Assembly: GCA_963730485.1 (NCBI GenBank)
Contig: CAVSRY010000009.1
Location: forward strand, 9,214-73,213
DNA: 64,000 nt
Direction of reading: 5' to 3'
Source of the DNA: an uncultured Acidobacteriota bacterium
GTDB taxonomy: Bacteria; Acidobacteriota; Vicinamibacteria; Vicinamibacterales; SCN-69-37
Every line of letters begins with the position of its first letter. Position 1 is the first letter of the stretch. The notes below the pieces were generated by a model. The model was not told the DNA's origin, did not search any database, and worked only from the letters and a program-made list of their open reading frames with translations. Below, one piece after another: positions 1 to 11,821 of the stretch. A program made the position numbers and the translations under genes.

Positions 1-675
1 CGTGGTCGGTCTCGGCGGCGGCACGACGCCAGGCGCCATCAGCCTCCACCCGGGCGCGTCACATCGACATCGTGGAGTTGTCCGAGAGCGTGCGTCTCGC
101 CGCCGCCGCAGTTCGCGCACGTGAACTACGACATCCTGCACCGGCCGAACGTCCGGCTGCGCGTTGACGATGGCCGCGACTACCTTCGGCTGACGGACGA
201 TCGGTACGACGTAATCACAGCCGATGTGATTCATCCGACAGTGGCGGGCGCGGGCATCCTCTATTCGCGCGAGTACTTCAGTCTCGTCCGCCGGGCGCTT
301 CGCGCCGACGGTCTGGCCATGCAGTGGATCGGCAACCGGCCGGAAGAGCACTACAAGGTGCTCATGCGCACGTTTCTTGAAGTGTTCCCGTACACGACGC
401 TATGGCAGGGCGGCACGCTCATGGTCGGGAGCCTGTCGCCTCTTCGGGTGAGCCAGAGCACGATCGATGAACATCTGCGGAGTCCGCGCGTGCGGGCGGC
501 ACTGGCGGCCGTCGGACTCCCGTCGGCGGACGCGGTGCGGCGTATGTACACGGCTGGACCGGACGCGCTGCGGCGATTCGTCGGGCCCGGCGAGATCCTG
601 ACCGATGACCGGCCGCTACTCGAGTTCTACAGTCGTTCAGAGGCGGCGCGCCAAATCCAGATCTGTCGTCGCTGA
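1..675 (+). CDS. spermidine synthase-like (polyamine aminopropyltransferase family) protein, 5' end outside window; frame broken twice in the first ~120 nt
   Basis: ORF 121-675 carries ...YDVITADVIHPTVAGAGILYSREYF...GLAMQWIG, typical of a SpeE-like C-terminal half. Other frames upstream read VVGLGGGTTPGA (SAM-binding G-loop) and HIDIVELSESV, so the gene runs to nt 1 through two frame changes. Confidence 0.6.
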   Translation, partial: RGRSRRRHDARRHQPPPGRVTSTSWSCPRACVSPPPQFAHVNYDILHRPNVRLRVDDGRDYLRLTDDRYDVITADVIHPTVAGAGILYSREYFSLVRRALRADGLAMQWIGNRPEEHYKVLMRTFLEVFPYTTLWQGGTLMVGSLSPLRVSQSTIDEHLRSPRVRAALAAVGLPSADAVRRMYTAGPDALRRFVGPGEILTDDRPLLEFYSRSEAARQIQICRR

Positions 676-750
676 GCGGGAAACCCGAGGAAGTGTTTCA
701 GTAGACCACGAGTGTCAGACGCGCCGTGGGCAGGCGGGTCAGCCCCGGCA

Positions 751-2157
751 TCACGCCGTCTTCTTGGTGCTGCGCCGTGGGCGAGTCGACTGTCCGCGCG
801 GTGCACGCTGGCGGCGCTTTCTTGGAGCTTCGACCGCGGGCGCAGCGTTACCGGGTTCGATCTCGGCAGTCTCGGAGCCGGTATCAGCAGGATCCTCGTC
901 CACGGAGATCAGCGGCACGCCGAGCTCGGCGGCCGCGGCGGCGACGGCAGTTTCCTCAGATGCCACGTCAGGTGAGGCCTCAGCGGAGCCTGGCGTTGAG
1001 GGGGTGGCGGTTGTGCTGCCCTGGAACACGCGAATGACACCCTGGCGGTCGCGATCGACGCGCACGATCCCTTCTCGATGCGCCGCGCGCAGGAGATCGG
1101 TCAGGTTGCCGAACCCGTAGGACCGCTCGTCGAAGCTGGCCTCGGTCTGGCGAATCGCCTGCTTCACGTTTCTGAGATACAGCGGCCAACGTCTAACCAC
1201 GGCGTTGGACAGGATGCGTCGAAATTCGCGCAGACCCTCAGCCGCGGTTCCAATGACGACGGTCCGTCCCTGCGACGGAGACGGCTGGCTTTCGTCGGCG
1301 GCGCGATGTCCGTTGCCGTTCGGGCCGGGCGCTTCGGCGGGTGCCGCGTCGGCCTCGTCGGCAGCCGGCTTCTCGACTGGGATGGCGCTGCCGTCCGCGA
1401 GCTCGACGAGCAGTCCGCCCTTGCCGCTGTGAATCTTGACGACGCCGACCTTCTCGAGCTTCTGCACGAAGTCGCGGAACGAGCCTGCGCCGTAGGTCCG
1501 CTCGGAGAACGTCGAGTCGAGCTGGAGCAGCGTGCTCTTCAGCAGGCCGAGCTGCGGGGACACTTCGCGTTCGGACAGCACTTTGAGCGCGCGCGTCACG
1601 AGCGGCAGCGCCTGCTCGATCGGCGCGCGATCGCGGCCCGAGGACCGGCGCGCTCCCCCGCCTGCGGCCGGCGCGCTGCTCGTCACACCCGGCAGGTTCT
1701 CGTAGGCGATGAACTCGTGGCAGTTGCGCTGCATGATGCCGCTCGTGAACTGCCGGCCGCCGACGACGAACACTTTCTTGTCGTACTGCTTGAGCTTCTC
1801 GACGAGGCTGATGAAGTCGCTGTCGCCGCCGACGATCACGAACGCGTTGATGTGCGGGTGCGTGAACGCCATCTCGAGGGCGTCGAGGGCGAGGTTGATG
1901 TCGGCGCCGTTCTTGTCGCCGCCCGGCGTCAGGCTCCGCTGCACCATCCGAATGGCGTGCTGCGTGAGCGCGCGGCTGTATCCGCCGGCTCTCTGCCAGT
2001 CGCTGTAGGCGGTCTTCGAGACCACCTCGCCGCGCTCCTTGAGCGCTTCGAGCACCAGGCCCGCGTCGAATGCGGCGTTCAGCGTGTTCTTGACGCCAAT
2101 CTCGATGTTGTCGAAATCGATGAATACGGCTATGCGGAGACGTTCAGAATCGGCCAC
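751..2157 (-). CDS. NYN (LabA/DUF88-type) nuclease-domain protein with two OST-HTH/LOTUS domains and an Arg/Lys-rich tail
   Basis: ORF 751-2250 is intact. It reads RIAVFIDFDNIE...GADINLALDALEMAF...FVIVGGDSDFISLVEKLK (NYN), then two ...SFSERTYGAGSFRDFV.../...SFDERSYGFGNLTDLL... LOTUS-like modules, then PRKRRQRAPRG...KKTA. The ORF-track N-terminus (2158-2250) is translated repeat hairpin, so I place the start at GTG 2157 (VADSERLRIAVF). Confidence 0.75.
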   Translation of the reverse strand: MADSERLRIAVFIDFDNIEIGVKNTLNAAFDAGLVLEALKERGEVVSKTAYSDWQRAGGYSRALTQHAIRMVQRSLTPGGDKNGADINLALDALEMAFTHPHINAFVIVGGDSDFISLVEKLKQYDKKVFVVGGRQFTSGIMQRNCHEFIAYENLPGVTSSAPAAGGGARRSSGRDRAPIEQALPLVTRALKVLSEREVSPQLGLLKSTLLQLDSTFSERTYGAGSFRDFVQKLEKVGVVKIHSGKGGLLVELADGSAIPVEKPAADEADAAPAEAPGPNGNGHRAADESQPSPSQGRTVVIGTAAEGLREFRRILSNAVVRRWPLYLRNVKQAIRQTEASFDERSYGFGNLTDLLRAAHREGIVRVDRDRQGVIRVFQGSTTATPSTPGSAEASPDVASEETAVAAAAAELGVPLISVDEDPADTGSETAEIEPGNAAPAVEAPRKRRQRAPRGQSTRPRRSTKKTA

Positions 2158-2158
2158 G

Positions 2159-2262
2159 TTTGGGTCTTGAGTCCTGGGTCTTGGGTCTTGGGTCCTGAGG
2201 CGTGTGGACTCGAGGCCCAAGACGACGCCGACCCAAGTCTCAAGACTCAAGACCCAGGACTC
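2159..2262. repeat. heptad-repeat hairpin, word GGGTCTT / AAGACCC
   Basis: Left arm: tgggtct tgagtcc tgggtct tgggtct tgggtcc tgagg. Short loop. Right arm: cgaggcc caagacg ... cccaagt ctcaaga ctcaaga cccagga ctc. It fills the spacer between the GNAT stop (2270) and the NYN start (2157). Confidence 0.85.
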
Positions 2263-2269
2263 TTAGAGT

Positions 2270-2736
2270 CTACAACTCCTTGCGCATCAGGACGAAATGG
2301 CAGGGCTGGATCGTCGGGCGATGGACGTACGGCGCCGTGCCGACGTCCACGTATCCGAGCCGCCGGTACCGCGGCAGCAGGTCGTGGCGGAGATTGACGA
2401 CGCGGATGTCGATGGACCGGCCGCCGGCGTCGCGGATATGGCGCTCGGCCGCGTCGATGAGCTGACGTCCGAGACCGGCGCCCTGTCGTGCCGGATCGAC
2501 CGCCAGCATGCCGAACGATCCGCGGTCGCCATCGATTTCGACGTAGACGCACCCAACCGTCGCCTCGCCCTCGGCCGCGACGAGCAGCATGCCCCGCTGC
2601 GCATGTGCGCGAGCACATCCTGCGGGCTCGTCCGGTCGCCGAGCACGAAGAAGCGCTCGACCTCGTACGCCTGATTGACGATTCGAGCGACCGCGTCGGC
2701 GTCCGTCTCACCGGCATGGCGAATGCTGATCGGCAT
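2270..2736 (-). CDS. GNAT family N-acetyltransferase (one frame break near 2590-2600)
   Basis: The N-terminus [30 protein letters not shown] lies in ORF 2287-2868. The C-terminus ...[25 protein letters not shown]... (acetyl-CoA motif A, Q/RxxGxG) lies in ORF 2270-2590. Confidence 0.7.
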
Positions 2737-2867
2737 CGGCGCTATTGTTCGACGTTTTCTGCCGCTTGCACAGCGTTGCACGGCCCGATGCAGCGAGCCC
2801 GAACGGAATCCACGATCGCCTTGACGCCAGTCCGGCCGCACCCTACGATCGGGAGCTTGGCCCGCCA

Positions 2868-5281
<2,414 letters not shown>

Positions 5282-5305
5282 ACAGCTCGGGTCGGAAGTA
5301 GACGT

Positions 5306-5470
5306 CCGTACGACGGGTACGACAGGTCCAGGAACCTGAATCGTCATCTTCCTTAGTTCTAGATCTCCCCAGATGCGATCTCGGAATCGACGCTCGAGAT
5401 CGCGTAGCTCGAAGAACAAGGAAGATGACTGAATTCAGGTTCCCGGACGTGTACCGTGACCTGTCGTACC
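5306..5470. repeat. long imperfect inverted repeat (about 50-nt arms) with a nested 9-bp hairpin in the loop
   Basis: Left arm: ccgtacgacgggtacgacaggtccaggaacctgaatcgtcatcttcctt. Right arm: aaggaagatgactgaattcaggttcccggacgtgtaccgtgacctgtcgtaccgg. The loop contains gcgatctcg...cgagatcgc. It lies between convergent gene ends at 5281 and 5474. Confidence 0.85.
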
Positions 5471-5473
5471 GGT

Positions 5474-5984
5474 CTATCGAAGTCGATAACCCTGCTGCCC
5501 GGGAGATCGACCGTCGATTCGCAGCACCTTGACCGTCTTATTCGTCACTGGCACCTGAACGAAGGTGATCGCGCCCGGGGTACGGCTGACCTGATCGATC
5601 GCCATTTCGCTGGAGTACACGATCTTCGGGCCGCTGGGCGTGTCGGCGCGGAAGACCTTGCCGATCCAGTGCTGGCGGAACTGCGCCTCGGTCATCTGGC
5701 ACACGTCGCGCACGACCGCGTCACGCTCGCGCGCGATCGGCGCGCGAATGAGGAGCGTGACCCGCGTGCCGGCAGACCAGAATTCGCGGTCGCCGAGCAA
5801 GATGCGACGAAGCTCGGCAACTGAGAGATTGTCCACGGCGACTGACGGGTTCACGACCACGGCGATATCGGTCGGCGTCTGGCTGCCGGCGCCGGCCGTC
5901 GCGCACACGATGACGAGCGCAACGAGGGCGAGCCGGCGCGCGAAGCCGGCCGAAACGTCCGGTGTGTCGAGTGCGCGTGGCCAT
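5474..5984 (-). CDS. short PstS-family/PBP-like substrate-binding lipoprotein (frame break in the signal peptide)
   Basis: ORF 5474-5908 reads ...IAVVVNPSVAVDNLSVAELRRILLGDREFW...GAITFVQVP. Upstream, ATG 5984 gives MATRTRHTGRFG, then a frame hop gives FARRLALVALVIVCATAG (lipobox-like). The ATG shares one base with the upstream porin stop (TGATG). Confidence 0.5.
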
Positions 5985-7159
5985 CAGAACGTGAAACACA
6001 CCTGAAAGAAGCCGCCCTGGTTGCGAACCGAGTTCTCGCCGCGCGTCCAGGTGCGGTACTCGCCCTTCAACGCCGTCAACGCCGATGCGTCGTACCGCAC
6101 GCCGACGGTGGTTCCGTCGAGCCTCGGGACGGTCTGAAAGACCAGGTCCGCGTCGTCGACGCCGATGTGCTCGAACCGGACGTACGGCTTCCACAGACCT
6201 CCGAACTGCGGCAGGCGGTAGGCCGCCTGGACGTAGTACGCATGGCTCCAGGTCTCGACGGCCGCCAGGCGCCTCGTGCCGGATCGCGGCGACCTCGGCG
6301 ATGATCTCGGGATCCTCCTTCTGCCACGCGGCAAAGCCGGAGACGATCTGCTCGTCGAAGTCCCCGGCGGCCGTCGTCACCTTGTCGCCGTACACCGAAC
6401 CGCCGAACTCGAGGCCGAAGAGCCGATCGGGCTTCGAAAATGCGTTGGCGAGCCACGCGCGGTGCGCCGTTGACGTCGCCGGCATCGCCGCCCCGGCTGA
6501 TGGCGGTCGCCCGCCCGTTGCCGAGGCCTGCCTTGTAGTTGAGGTTCCAGCCTTGCGCGGGTACCGACCCCTCGACGAGTGCACCCACGAAGTGCACCGG
6601 CAGGAGCCGCCCGCCGAACTGAATCATCTCCGGCCGGGCGATCGTCGTCTGCAGCCACTGCCCGTGATGGAACGCGGTGTTCCAGTAGTTGATGGGCGTG
6701 TGATACCGGCCGAACGAGACCTTGAGACGGTCGCTCTGATCGAAACGCAGGATCATGCGCTCGACCTCGGCGTTGAAGCCGGTGACCGCTGGGCTGCCCG
6801 TGCCGGCGTCCGGGCGCGCGCGTGAAGCTGATCTCGCCGAAGAACGTGACGCGCGGCGAGAGCTCCGACGCCATGTGGAGCGCGAGCTGGCCGAGCGTGA
6901 ATCCGGTCGGCCCTTCGGGATTCTCTGTCTTGGAAAAATTGACGTCGCCGAAGCCGGAGAGCTTCAGGCTCGGATACTGACGCTGATCGGGCGTCGCCTC
7001 TTCGGCTTGAGGGGTTGGCGCGGTCTGAGCGCCCTGAGTTCCCTGCCCCCCTGCACCCATGACGTGCGCGCCCTGCGCGAGCGCCGGAGCGGCGCACACT
7101 GCACTCACAACAACCGCCGTGCAGAGGCAACGCCATGCGTGTCCGAATGGCATGGTCAT
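5984..7159 (-). CDS. outer-membrane beta-barrel porin, possibly phosphate-selective O/P-like given its neighbour (about 3 frame breaks)
   Basis: Signal peptide MTMPFGHAWRCLCTAVVVSAVCAAPALAQG. Alternating beta-strand pattern (LKLSGFGDVNFS, VTFFGEISF, LKVSFGRYHTPINYW, GWNLNYKAGLGNG, YYVQAAYRL). C-terminal ...GGFFQVCFTF. Assembled from ORFs 6377-7159, 6076-6756, 5721-6584 and 5984-6334. Confidence 0.5.
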
Positions 7160-7164
7160 CGATT

Positions 7165-8497
7165 CTAAATGATCGTGCCGTGGGGCACGATGCCGTTCTT
7201 CGGGATGATCACGATGCCGTCACGGATGTAGTAGAGCGGGTGATCGACGTGGTCGGGCTTGCCGCGCGGCGAGATGATCACGTCGTTGCCGATGCGCGCG
7301 TTCTTGTCGATGATCGCGTTCTCGATCGAGCGTGTTCGAGCCGATGCCCGATGCGCGGGTGTCCCATCGCTTCGTGCTCCGCGATCGACGACTGCCGACT
7401 CGTAGAAGTCGCTGCCGAGCATGATCGTCCGGTGCAGACGAGCCCCGGGCAGCACGAGGCTGCGGATGCCGACGATCGACTGGTGGATGTCGGCGTGCGA
7501 TGATGATGCAGCCGTCCGAAATGATCGCGTGATCGATCTGCGCGCCGTTGATCTTCGACGCCGGCAGGAAGCGCGGGCGCGTGAAGATCGGCGCCGTCAT
7601 GTCGAAGAAATTGAACCGCGGCAGCTCGGACGTCAGATCCAGGTTCGCCTCGAAGAAGGCCCGGATCGTCCCGATGTCCTCCCAGTAGCCCTGGAACACG
7701 TGCGCGACGACACGTTGCGATCCGAGATCGCGCCGGGAATGATGTGCTTGCCGAAATCCGTCGAGGTCGTTGTCGAGCAGCGTCGATCAGGACGTCGCGG
7801 TTGAACACGTAGATGCCCATCGACGCGAGGAGCAGGTCCTCGTCGCCCGGCGCGCAGGCCGAGCGCGCCGGCACAGCGCCGGCGGCATCGATCAACTCAT
7901 CGAGCACGGCCGGGTCCTTCGGCTTCTCGACGAAGCGCGTGATGCGCCGGTCGTCGTCGACCTGCATGATGCCGAGACCCGTCGCGTCGCGGCGCAGCAC
8001 GGGAATCGTGGCGACGGTGACCTCGGCGCCGCATTCGAGGTGCTGCGCGATCAGCGGCCGGAAGTCCATGCGATAGAGCTGGTCGCCGCTCAGGATCAGC
8101 ACGTAGATCGAAATCGTGGTTCAAGAGATGGACGAGGTTCTTCCGGACGGCGTCGGCCGTGCCCTGGTACCAGGACGTGTCGTCGTAGGTCTGCTCGGCG
8201 GCGAGAATCTCGACGAAGCCGCTGGAGAAGTGGTCGAACTTGTACGACTGCGGCGATGTGCCGGTGGAGCGACGCCGAGTTGAACTGCGTGAGCAGGTAG
8301 ACGCGCTTGAGCTCCGAGTTGATGCAGTTGGAGATCGGGATGTCGACGAGCCGGTATTTGCCGGCCAGCGGCACGGCCGGCTTCGCGCGCTGCTTGGTCA
8401 GCGGGAAGAGACGCGTGCCCGCGCCTCCACCCAGAATGACGGACAGCACCCGGCTGCTGTTCTGGGACATCATCGCGGTGCCTGGCGTCGAAACCAT
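7165..8497 (-). CDS. glgC: glucose-1-phosphate adenylyltransferase (several frame breaks)
   Basis: [43 protein letters not shown]; [13 protein letters not shown]; [22 protein letters not shown]; ...[21 protein letters not shown] box lies 5-10 nt upstream of ATG 8497. Confidence 0.9.
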
Positions 8498-8518
8498 TCG
8501 GTTCCTCCGAGTTGCTCG

Positions 8519-9240
8519 CTAAGGATAGTCGGAAAGACGGCCGACGCTCCGCTCCGCCGTCAGCCACTGCCCTTCCCCGGCCAGGTATTCCAGGTAGTCG
8601 GCACAGACGTCGTTCGGCGGAGAGTCGGCCGTGCGAAACGCCTCGGCGGGAAACGTGGACGTCAGCGCCAGGCATCGCATGCCGGCCGCCCGCGCGGCCG
8701 CGACACCGACCGGGGCGTCCTCGAACGCCAGGCAGGCCGGACGGATCAACGCCGAGGCCGTCGGCGGCGCGCAGGTAAACGTCAGGAAACGGCTTGCCGC
8801 GGGGCACCTCGTCGCTGAGAGCCACCGCCCCGAAAGCGCTCCGCCAGACCCAGCTCGCCGAGCGTATGGACGACGTTCTCGCGGGGCGCCGACGTGGCGA
8901 CCGCCGCCGGGATGCCCTGGCTCTCGAGCGCATCGAGGAGCTCCAACAGGCCTCGGATGGGCTGCAAGCCACCGCGCGAGAGCGCGCGATACATCTCTTC
9001 CTTTTCCCAGGCGAGCGACGTCACCTCCTCCGCCGAGAGCGGGCGCTCGAAGAGGATCGGCATGATTTCAGCGTTGCGCTTGCCGTCGATCCGCCGGCGC
9101 GTGGCCTCGGTGATCGGCGGCAAACTGTGCCTCTGGACGAACGCCTGAAAGGCCCGGGCGTGCCAGTGCATGTTGTCGGCCAGCGTGCCGTCGAGGTCGA
9201 ACACGACGGCCCGCGGCCGGAACGACTCGGTATCGATCAG
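8519..9240 (-). CDS. HAD-IA family hydrolase (beta-phosphoglucomutase-like); frame break ~8790; start uncertain
   Basis: AVVFDLDGTLADN (HAD motif I) ...AAVATSAPRENV... then ...LAFEDAPVGVAAARAAGMRCLAL. This is the C-terminal part of ORF 8782-10419 plus ORF 8519-8749. Confidence 0.7.
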
Positions 9241-9618
9241 CCCCTCCCCTTCGGACGCGAGGCGTCCTTGCGGTCTATCGGGTCGAGCATCAATCCGTTC
9301 AGTATCCAGCTCACGACGCTGACGACGAGCGCACCGAACAGCATCGACCAGAAGCCCGCGATCTCGAGGCCGGGCACGAGCGCCGCGGTCAGCCCGAGAC
9401 ACAAGGCGTTGACCACGAAGATGAATAGCCCGAGCGTGACGAGAGTCAGCGGAAACGTGAGTACCAGGAGCACCGGCCGGACGAGCACGTTGATCCCGCC
9501 GAGAATCAGGCCCGCGATGAGCGCCGTCCCTGGCCCCGCCAGCAGGACACCCGGAACGAAGTAGGCCGCCGACGACGATGGCGATACCGTTGAGGAGTAT
9601 CCGGGCAAGAACCCGCAT
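9237..9618 (-). CDS. small multi-TM membrane protein, PF04020-like ('phage holin family 4'/YvlD-like); frame break ~9565
   Basis: MRVLARILLNGIAIVVGGL (other frame) then ...LIAGLILGGINVLVRPVLLVLTFPLTLVTLGLFIFVVNALCLGLTAALVPGLEIAGFW.... Confidence 0.5.
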
Positions 9619-9714
9619 GACGACAGGGTAGCTGAAGACGCCCGATCGCGCTTCAATCGCCCGTTCCTGCGATGTATAGTGTCTGTTCGCGACCCATTTC
9701 CGAGAGGACACACC

Positions 9715-10407
9715 ATGCGTCTCGTCTACGGTTCCGCGTTTGCTCTTGCCATTCTCGCGTTCGTGCCAACGGTCTACGGTCAGGACGCAGCCCAATCCGT
9801 TGCCAACGGCGGGATCTTCGTCCCCGGATGGCAGGGGAAGATCGACGCCAACGAGGTGAAGGCGGGCCAGGCGCTCAACAACGCCCGGCTGGCTCCTGAA
9901 GGCAACGGGATGAAGGTCACGACCGGTCCGGCCGTGAACTACTGGAATCCGAAGAATGTCGCCCAGGGCAACTACACCGTGAAGGCGACGTTCAACGAAC
10001 CGCTGTACATGAACCTGAACAACCACCCGCATCCGTACGGCGTCTTCATCGGCGGCAACGACATGGGCACGGACAACCAGAGCCTGGTCTACTGCGCCGC
10101 CTACGGCAACGGCAACTTCATCGTCCGCGGATTCGGTCCGGCGGCGTTCCAGATGAACGGCCGTGGCGCACCAGCGCCGTCCGTCAACAAGGCCGCGGGC
10201 CCGAAGACGCCGGTGACGCAGGAAATCGCGCTGACGGTCAAGGGTGACTCGCTCGAGTGCGCCATCAACGGCACCGTCGTCGGCACCTACCCGAAGGCCG
10301 ATCTCGTCGCCGCCGGCAAGCTCAAGTCCACCGACGGTGTCTACGGCATTCGCTTCGCTCACAACACCGAAGCGATCGTGACGGGCTTTGCGATGACGAA
10401 GAACTAG
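9715..10407 (+). CDS. secreted protein of unknown function, probably concanavalin/LamG-like jelly-roll (DUF1080-like)
   Basis: Intact ORF. ATG 9715 is preceded by gagagga. Signal peptide MRLVYGSAFALAILAFVPTVYGQ. The sequence is beta-rich (NYTVKATFNEP..., GVYGIRFAHNTEAIVTGFAM). The fold assignment is a guess. Confidence 0.45.
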   Translation: MRLVYGSAFALAILAFVPTVYGQDAAQSVANGGIFVPGWQGKIDANEVKAGQALNNARLAPEGNGMKVTTGPAVNYWNPKNVAQGNYTVKATFNEPLYMNLNNHPHPYGVFIGGNDMGTDNQSLVYCAAYGNGNFIVRGFGPAAFQMNGRGAPAPSVNKAAGPKTPVTQEIALTVKGDSLECAINGTVVGTYPKADLVAAGKLKSTDGVYGIRFAHNTEAIVTGFAMTKN

Positions 10408-10462
10408 AGAACGTTCCAAGGTTCCAGCGTTCCTCGTTCCACGGTTCTGGTTCAGGTTCTAG
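10408..10462. repeat. single-arm degenerate heptad array, word (C)GTTCCA
   Basis: gaacgttcca aggttcca gcgttcct cgttcca cggttct ggttcag gttctag. This is the same word family as the left arm of the 15963 hairpin, but no inverted partner is nearby. Confidence 0.8.
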
Positions 10463-10471
10463 GTTTGACGA

Positions 10472-10510
10472 CGCGGTGAGGCGCAGAGCGCTTCACCGCG
10501 TTTTTCTTTT
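10472..10510 (+). terminator. Rho-independent terminator
   Basis: 13-bp stem cgcggtgaggcgc / gcgcttcaccgcg, loop aga, followed by tttttctttt. It lies downstream of CDS 9715-10407 and overlaps the stop of the convergent MFS gene. Confidence 0.8.
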
Positions 10511-11762
10511 GGCGCGGGCCCAGGTCGTCAACAGCAGCGACAGCCCGACGACGAGCATCCCGCTGACGGCGATCGCGCTGGCGCTCGGCCAGTGCGGAAA
10601 GAATTGCAGCGAGAGCGCGCCGACGGCCGGGCCGGCGCAGATCCCGGCGCCGAGCGCCGCCTCGTGAAAGCCGCCGTGCTCGGCCTTGGCCTCGCCGACG
10701 TCCATCGAATAGAAGAGCGACGAGTAGTACATCAGCCCGCACGTCACGCCAAAGGCGATCTCGGCGGCAATCACCATCCAGACGCGTGGGCGCGAGCAGA
10801 ACCACCATGAAGCTCGCGGTCATGAGCGCGAAGCCGCCGGCGAGCCAGCGGAATCGGTAGTGCCATCCGGTCCAGTGCCAGAGCGCGAAAAACGCGAACA
10901 TACGCGCGAAGAGCCACGCCGATCCCACGAGACCCATCTCACCGGGCGTCATCGCGAAACGGTTCGCGAGGCTGGGCATCGTCGCGAGCAGCGTGTAGAT
11001 CGCCACGTAGGAAAACGGGTTCGCGATCCAGGCCAGCCGAAGGAACGTCTGCGGCGGCACCGGCTGCGAGTACGCGCGGGCCTCGGGATGCACGACCACT
11101 TCCTGAGGCGGATCGGTGCTCAGCGCCTCGATCGCTGCGGCACGCCGCTCCAGGCGTCCGGTCGCGTACCACGCGATCGCAAACACGGCCGCGGGCAGGA
11201 GGAAGAGGGCTTTGGCTCCCAGCCAGTCGTAGATCGCTCCACCCGTGAAGTACGCCGTCGCCGACGCAATCGACCACGTGCAGTTGTAGGCGCCGACCGT
11301 GTGCGGCACGCGCGAGGCCGGCTCATCGTGCGTGATCAGCGCTTCGACGGCCGGCCAGACGAAACACACCGACAGCGTGTAGCCGACGACCACGACGAGG
11401 TGCAGCCACACCCAGGGGGCGACGGACGCGACGAGCATGCACGCGACCAGTCCGGCAAACCCGATGCGAAGACTTCGATGAAGGCCGTGGCGCTCCGCGA
11501 AGCGCCCGCCCTGCACGGACGCAAAGACGTAGATGCCGCCGTGAATCGCCGCGACCGTGAGATTGCCGCGATTCTCGAAGCCGAAACGATCGCGGAGGAA
11601 GAAGAAGAGGTAGTTGAAGTAGTACGACGTGGCCAGTGAGCCGAAGGCTGTTAACGCGTAGTAGCCGGTCTTCAACCGGCCGGACGATATCGTCAATCGG
11701 AATGCCTCACGCCAGCGCGATTTGATTCTACTCGGTCGGTCCCGGGTTACTATTCGCGCCAA
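10493..11762 (-). CDS. MFS transporter (frame break ~10790; start uncertain, TTG 11762 or TTG 11696)
   Basis: Twelve-TM-like hydrophobic pattern: ...YYFNYLFFFLRDRFGF...GGRFAERHG (MFS loop 2-3 motif-like) .... The C-terminus is in ORF 10493-10777. Confidence 0.6.
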
Positions 11763-11804
11763 GACACCGGGTTTCTTGAACTCCCTCAGGACACCCGGTG
11801 TCTT
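11761..11804. repeat. 12-bp perfect palindrome hairpin related to the GAAACCGGGTTTC family
   Basis: aagacaccgggt - 20 nt - acccggtgtctt. The left part, caccgggtttcttgaac, matches aaccgggtttcttgaac at 25538-25554 (16/17 by eye). Confidence 0.8.
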
Positions 11805-11821
11805 CGATTCAGGAGGGTGTC

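Noticed and set aside
1078-2397. 439-aa plus-strand ORF covering the NYN gene antisense
   Set aside because: Its Arg/Ala/Gly/Leu-rich composition is typical of shadow ORFs in GC-rich DNA. The opposite strand encodes a recognisable, intact NYN-LOTUS protein.
9237-9618. 'Phage holin family' membrane protein as evidence of a prophage
   Set aside because: No other phage genes, integrase or att-like repeats are present. The neighbours are glycogen/sugar metabolism genes in the same operon-like string. PF04020-like proteins are common chromosomal membrane proteins.
8782-10419. 545-aa minus-strand ORF
   Set aside because: It is a chimera. Only its last ~150 codons (the HAD hydrolase) look real. 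The remainder runs antisense through the well-supported secreted-protein gene 9715-10407 and through the frame-shifted membrane protein gene.
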